Shown here one piece after another: positions 36,786-39,977 of a DNA stretch of 39,977 nt. How positions within the stretch are numbered: the first letter of the stretch is position 1; each line of letters begins with the position of its first letter. Both the position numbers and the translations under genes were made by a program. The notes below the pieces were generated by a model. It worked only from the letters and a program-made list of their open reading frames with translations, did no database searches and was not told the origin of the DNA. Origin of the DNA: a virus (lineage: Duplodnaviria > Caudoviricetes); IMG/VR virus record IMGVR_UViG_3300017700_000491, positions 1 to 39,977 of that record; one strand, given 5' to 3'.

Positions 36786-36945
36786 TGTGGTGGCCGGCAC
36801 TGACTTCTTCCGGCTTACTGGGTGGCACTTATCCAGTGCTTGTACGGCGACGCCGCGCATACCACCTATCAGGTTCGTATTGGGCCGTTATCACGATCCC
36901 GCACACCTTTCGATCCGCTGCGCATCAGCCTGCGCATTCACCACA
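36786..36945 (-). ncRNA. tRNA-shaped element A with multi-hairpin cargo
   Basis: Closing stem tgtggtg/caccaca; 5' arm tgcgc-aggctgat-gcgca; 3' arm gccgg-aagaagtcagtg-ccggc; loops can pair (GCUGAU:GUCAGU); about five internal hairpins. Confidence 0.6.
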
Positions 36946-37097
36946 GAGCAAGGGGCTGGGCGCCACTCCAGCTATCCCTACAGGTCAGGACGTTCTCAAC
37001 ATCAGGCTTGGAGGCGGAGGGGATTGCCTGCACAACTTCACGCGTCAACCGGAATCAGAGTGCACGAGGCTTACGTGCGTCCCTTGCTCTGTGGTGA
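36938..37097 (-). ncRNA. tRNA-shaped element B with 17-bp closing stem
   Basis: Perfect IR tcaccacagagcaaggg (36938-36954)/cccttgctctgtggtga (37081-37097); 2-nt linker then arm gcacg-taagcct-cgtgc; 3' arm gctgg-agtggcgc-ccagc abutting the stem. Confidence 0.6.
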
Positions 37098-37147
37098 CTC
37101 CGTAACGTGGAGTCAAGCGTGTGGCTGCTGGTAATTAGCCTGCGTTC

Positions 37148-37295
37148 ACCACACAGAAGACCGCTTTTGCGGCAATCGAATCCGCTTCACCGGTCGAACC
37201 CCGGTCGAGTTATCTTGCAATCCTGACGGCGCCGTCTTAGATTGCCCCTTACCTCCAGCTTTACCAATAAGCTATCAAACGGTCTTCTGTGTGGT
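37148..37295 (-). ncRNA. tRNA-derived element C with 16-bp closing stem
   Basis: Perfect IR accacacagaagaccg (37148-37163)/cggtcttctgtgtggt (37280-37295); D-arm-like TAGCTTATTGGTAAAGC; T-arm-like gcgg-aTTCGATTg-ccgc. Confidence 0.6.
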
Positions 37296-37570
37296 TACTG
37301 GTTGAGCCAGTAAGGCTTTAATTCTTTCCTCTACTACGGTAAGGCTGTTTCGATATTCCTAGAGGTTTGAGCAAGACTCAGACTTAGCACTGAGCCTTAA
37401 CAAAACTATCCTGTGAGGAATCGCTTTGACCCGTCAGCCTTGCGCAAGTGAGGTGCTAACTTCGACGCCTCGTTCCGGTGCTTCCCTTGCTTTGCCACAG
37501 TCCCGGTGCTGTCCCTTCCCCCTGTTGCTTGCAGTCCCGAAGAAGGGCGGTTGATGCGGCAGCAGAAACG

Positions 37571-37685
37571 AAAAAAGCCCCAGAAGTCTCGGTACTCTCT
37601 TCGCAGCGGCGGCAGCGATTGGGATCTAACCCAGAAAATACCGAAGCTTTTGGGGCTTCAGTCTCGTCAACGCCGCCGCATCAAC
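37571..37685 (-). ncRNA. C4/CI-like antisense-attenuator RNA 2
   Basis: aagcccc/ggggctt plus a 13-bp stem with G-U pairs on the minus strand, two apical hairpins and a U-run; loop gccgccgc is complementary to upstream gcggcggc. Confidence 0.65.
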
Positions 37686-37692
37686 AGAACTG

Positions 37693-37721
37693 ATTGTGGC
37701 GAATCATTTGTTCTGCGTCAA
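37693..37721 (-). promoter_or_regulatory. Promoter driving the RNA cassette
   Basis: Minus strand TTGACG-17bp-CACAAT. Confidence 0.6.
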
Positions 37722-37819
37722 GAACTTTCGTGATTCACATCAATTGCCAGCGCGACAGCCAGCAACAGAAGGCCCGCAATGAATAGAATCGAGGCCAGAA
37801 GGTAGCGGGCGGATTTCAT
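37718..37819 (-). CDS. Small membrane peptide (33 aa)
   Basis: ATGA overlap; MKSARYLLASILFIAGLLLLAVALAI. Confidence 0.5.
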   Translation of the reverse strand: MKSARYLLASILFIAGLLLLAVALAIDVNHESS

Positions 37820-38004
37820 GGCAGCGGGCGCCAGCCGGCGAGGTTGGCATAGCCTGGAACCGTGTGGAAGCCGTTGGCGTCGACGTACACGGTAAGCTCG
37901 GCCTCGGTGCCGTTCTTGTGCACGCCGATCAGCACGAATCCGTCTTTGTTCGGGATGCTGGCCAGCGGGCGCACGGCGGCAGGGTTGCGGCGGTTCGGGT
38001 TCAT
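37816..38004 (-). CDS. Hypothetical protein
   Basis: AAGGGG RBS, coupled overlaps, ends GWRPLP. Confidence 0.6.
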   Translation of the reverse strand: MNPNRRNPAAVRPLASIPNKDGFVLIGVHKNGTEAELTVYVDANGFHTVPGYANLAGWRPLP

Positions 38005-38429
38005 GCCGGTTCCCCTTCGACTTCACGCACAGCGATGACGACGCACGGTTCGGCGTGGTACAGCTTGCGGACGGTGATCACCACCACCTGGCTGTCGTCC
38101 ACCCACACGATGCCGTTGCATGCATCCTTGACGCCCTTCAGCACGTTGTCGGCGTCGGGCTTCTTCGTGGCTCGCACGGTGCCGACGCTGGCGGCCAAGC
38201 GCTTGGCCTTCGGCCAGGACACCGGGATTTCCATGCGCAGCTCCAGCAGCACCTCGATGGCGCGCGCAGACGGCGGCCGGCCCTCCATGGCGCGCATGGC
38301 GATGGCTGCAATCTTGGCCTCGTAATCTGCTGTCGTCTTCGGCGTGTAGACGCGCGCGAATCCGCCCTGCACCGTGAACTTGGGGCGGCCCTTGGCGATG
38401 GGCTGGCCGGGTATCGTGAACTGGATCAT
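38001..38429 (-). CDS. rusA: RusA-family Holliday junction resolvase
   Basis: ATG 38429; PIAKGRPKF...KKPDADNVLKGVKDACNGIVWVDDSQV. Confidence 0.9.
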   Translation of the reverse strand: MIQFTIPGQPIAKGRPKFTVQGGFARVYTPKTTADYEAKIAAIAMRAMEGRPPSARAIEVLLELRMEIPVSWPKAKRLAASVGTVRATKKPDADNVLKGVKDACNGIVWVDDSQVVVITVRKLYHAEPCVVIAVREVEGEPA

Positions 38430-38836
38430 TTCATCAAGCCTTTCGTACGTAAGATTTCGTGAGTAGCGGCGCGCGCGCGGACGAACGCACCTTCGAGCAT
38501 CAGGGCCGTCATGCCGATGGGCCGCTGGCGCCGGCCGTCCAGAACATCGTGGCACGAACTGCAGCCGAAACACGCCGCGGTGTCGGGCGCCTTCAGGCCC
38601 ATGCCCTTGCCATCGGCCAGGCTGTTCGAGTGGCACAGCACCACCGTGGCCGGGTCGAAGTTGCACACGCCCGGCAGCGCCAGCGTGCATTCTTGACCAG
38701 CTGCGGCGCGCCGGATCGGCGTCATCTTCGGCCCCTTGCTCTTGAGCGTCGCGCGCTTGGCCGGCGCCTGGGTCTTCGTCGTCGGCTTGGTGCTGCGCTT
38801 GAACTCCGTGCGTTTGATGGGGGTGGTGCGCTTCAT
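38426..38836 (-). CDS. DUF1364/YbcO-like putative nuclease
   Basis: AAAGQECTLALPGVCNFDPATVVLCH...GKGMGLKAPD...CSSCHDVLDGR. Confidence 0.85.
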   Translation of the reverse strand: MKRTTPIKRTEFKRSTKPTTKTQAPAKRATLKSKGPKMTPIRRAAAGQECTLALPGVCNFDPATVVLCHSNSLADGKGMGLKAPDTAACFGCSSCHDVLDGRRQRPIGMTALMLEGAFVRARAATHEILRTKGLMK

Positions 38837-39150
38837 GGCTCCCCCACAATAATCTCAACGACGCCGAACGCCTTCGCCACAGCAGCGCAGTTTGCGCAAA
38901 CATAAGTGTGGCCTTCAAGGTACAGACGCGCACCTTGTGCAGCAGCGCCAGCAGCGTGCAGGGCGTTCACCTCGGCGTGTGCTGGCTGCTTGCACACTGA
39001 ATCGCAAAGCTCATACCCCACTCCGCTGGGAAGCCCGCCACGCGGACAAGTCACCTGAGAGTTTTCGCAATAGTTGGTGCCGACGAAGCGTCGTCCGTCA
39101 GTGGTCACGATGGTGGCGGTTACAGTTTGTTTTACACATGGTCCTCTCAT
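38833..39150 (-). CDS. dCMP/cytidine deaminase-family protein
   Basis: ATG 39150 in an ATGA overlap with the MTase stop; HAEVNAL and CANC zinc motifs; GTN and CPR. Confidence 0.8.
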   Translation of the reverse strand: MRGPCVKQTVTATIVTTDGRRFVGTNYCENSQVTCPRGGLPSGVGYELCDSVCKQPAHAEVNALHAAGAAAQGARLYLEGHTYVCANCAAVAKAFGVVEIIVGEP

Positions 39151-39977
39151 GGCTGGCACTCCATCACAGCTTCGATGAAGACACGAGCTGCTTCAGCGTT
39201 GATGGCGTTTCCATAGGCGCGCAGTCGTCCCACACGGGCGGTAGCCCCTGTAGCCAGCGGGGATGTGCCGGGTTCAACTGGCCGCCACTTGGCATCTGTG
39301 CATCCGATCCAGTCAGCATCTCGCCAGTAGCCGTTAGTCGGGCCGGGCCGTCCGCTGTCAGCAGGGCAAAGTCGTTCAGATTCGACCCGTGACGCGTCTC
39401 GCCCATCGCCCGCTTCGCTTGGCCGCCGCCCGTGCTGTCCGATGTCTGCGGCGGCGGCCAGCCCGCCAAGGTGAATGCCTGCTCCGACAGAGGCTTTCCC
39501 CTTGACTGCTCCAGGCGCTCCGCCAAGAATTCCGCGCTCGCGCTCGCGCTGTGCCAGTCCCGGGCCGATGGTGTCGCCCATCCGGTCAACTGCACCAGGT
39601 CGTTGAGGTTTGCCATTCCGTGCCCTTGTGCCTTCTTGGCGGCGATGTACTCCGGCGTGTGTGCCGGGAAGTGATCCCTTGCGCACGGCGTTGGCCACCC
39701 AGTAGTTTCTGTCTCTGATGTGCGGCGCACCGACGCCCGCAGACGGGAACGGGACACTCCCGAAGGCGTAACCCATGGCTTCCAGGTCAGCGTGTACAAG
39801 GTCGATCCAAGCGTCGACGTCTTTGCTCGCAACCTGCTCTCCAAGGACGCTTGCAGGCTTGCAGACTTTAATGAGGTGGTGGAAATGGGGCCATAGGTGC
39901 CGCTCGTCATCAAACGCAGCTCCTTTGCCTGCCGCGCTGAAAGGTTGGCAAGGGCAGGAACCGGTCCAAACAGGTCG
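39147..39977 (-). CDS. DNA cytosine-5 methyltransferase, C-terminal part (alpha frame)
   Basis: In frame with 1-333; motif VI-like LGEQV, motif VIII GAPHIRDR, motif X RLRAYGNAI. Confidence 0.9.
   Translation of the reverse strand, partial: RPVWTGSCPCQPFSAAGKGAAFDDERHLWPHFHHLIKVCKPASVLGEQVASKDVDAWIDLVHADLEAMGYAFGSVPFPSAGVGAPHIRDRNYWVANAVRKGSLPGTHAGVHRRQEGTRARNGKPQRPGAVDRMGDTIGPGLAQRERERGILGGAPGAVKGKASVGAGIHLGGLAAAADIGQHGRRPSEAGDGRDASRVESERLCPADSGRPGPTNGYWRDADWIGCTDAKWRPVEPGTSPLATGATARVGRLRAYGNAINAEAARVFIEAVMECQP
39164..39910 (-). CDS. Overlapping-frame methyltransferase beta polypeptide (TRD-like repeats and motif IX)
   Basis: AGGAG 9 nt before ATG 39910; three GW(P/A)(T/P)P..(R/S)D repeats; LNPAHPRWLQGLPPVW is motif IX-like; lies wholly inside the MTase gene. 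Confidence 0.75.
   Translation of the reverse strand: MTSGTYGPISTTSLKSASLQASLESRLRAKTSTLGSTLYTLTWKPWVTPSGVSRSRLRASVRRTSETETTGWPTPCARDHFPAHTPEYIAAKKAQGHGMANLNDLVQLTGWATPSARDWHSASASAEFLAERLEQSRGKPLSEQAFTLAGWPPPQTSDSTGGGQAKRAMGETRHGSNLNDFALLTADGPARLTATGEMLTGSDAQMPSGGQLNPAHPRWLQGLPPVWDDCAPMETPSTLKQLVSSSKL
39855..39977 (+). repeat. 123-bp terminal direct repeat, right copy
   Basis: Identical to 1-123. Confidence 0.95.

Larger units (their letters stand above)
1..39977. mobile_element. Complete circular(ised) P22-like podovirus genome with lambdoid organisation
   Basis: Terminase, portal, scaffold, coat, gp4, gp10, ejection, tailspike and lysis genes in order; recombination and replication modules; identical 123-bp ends; no host genes seen. 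Confidence 0.95.

Noticed and set aside
36743-37134. Plus-strand ORFs of 120, 115 and 91 aa
   Set aside because: Opposite to the local transcription direction, not protein-like, and coincident with RNA stems
37164-37279. Canonical tRNA gene
   Set aside because: D- and T-like arms are present, but the interior is too long, there is no clear anticodon arm, the T-stem has a mismatch and the acceptor pairing is imperfect
36938-37295. MITEs or invertible segments bounded by the 16-17 bp inverted repeats
   Set aside because: No transposase or invertase recognised, no evident target-site duplications, and the internal arms fit an RNA fold better; not fully excluded
36637-37310. CRISPR array or mini-array
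   Set aside because: Repeats are inverted stems and 6-nt junctions, not regularly spaced direct repeats; no cas operon (the PD-(D/E)XK gene sits in a recombination module)
38430-38933. 310-aa extended RusA
   Set aside because: The extension is an off-frame read of the DUF1364 and deaminase genes; RusA starts at 38429
39855-39977. 123-bp repeat as a biological terminal repeat
   Set aside because: It falls inside the MTase gene, which reads through the join; it is best explained as assembler overlap of a circularly permuted, probably headful-packaged genome

Overview
The window is an apparently complete, circularly assembled ~39.85 kb tailed-phage genome: bases 1-123 repeat exactly at 39855-39977, and a DNA methyltransferase gene reads in frame across the join. 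The virion module is P22/Sf6-like (podovirus): TerS, TerL, portal, scaffold, coat, gp4, gp10, three ejection proteins and a tailspike. The layout is lambdoid. A divergent promoter pair at ~1650-1740 drives a rightward recombination/accessory arm (PD-(D/E)XK nuclease, RecT-like protein, SMC/SbcC-like ATPase, DEDDh exonuclease) and a leftward arm (HTH regulator, methyltransferase, deaminase, RusA, replication, packaging, virion, lysis). The two arms meet at a bidirectional terminator at ~11065-11095. I recognised no integrase, CI-type repressor, partition genes or spanins. The host is probably a GC-rich proteobacterium such as Burkholderiales (inference only). The most unusual features are: (1) a ~1.05 kb cassette with no convincing gene (36637-37721) holding a chain of interlocked tRNA-shaped RNA scaffolds with kissing loops and variable cargo; (2) two C4/CI-like antisense-attenuator RNAs; (3) a C5 methyltransferase whose motif IX and three tandem TRD-like repeats are encoded in an overlapping frame; (4) a coat protein with an extra N-terminal leader near an HEXXH protease; (5) an unannotated 29-aa peptide coupled to a 4-TM protein at the head of the lysis cassette. 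All family calls come from motif recognition by eye, not database searches.
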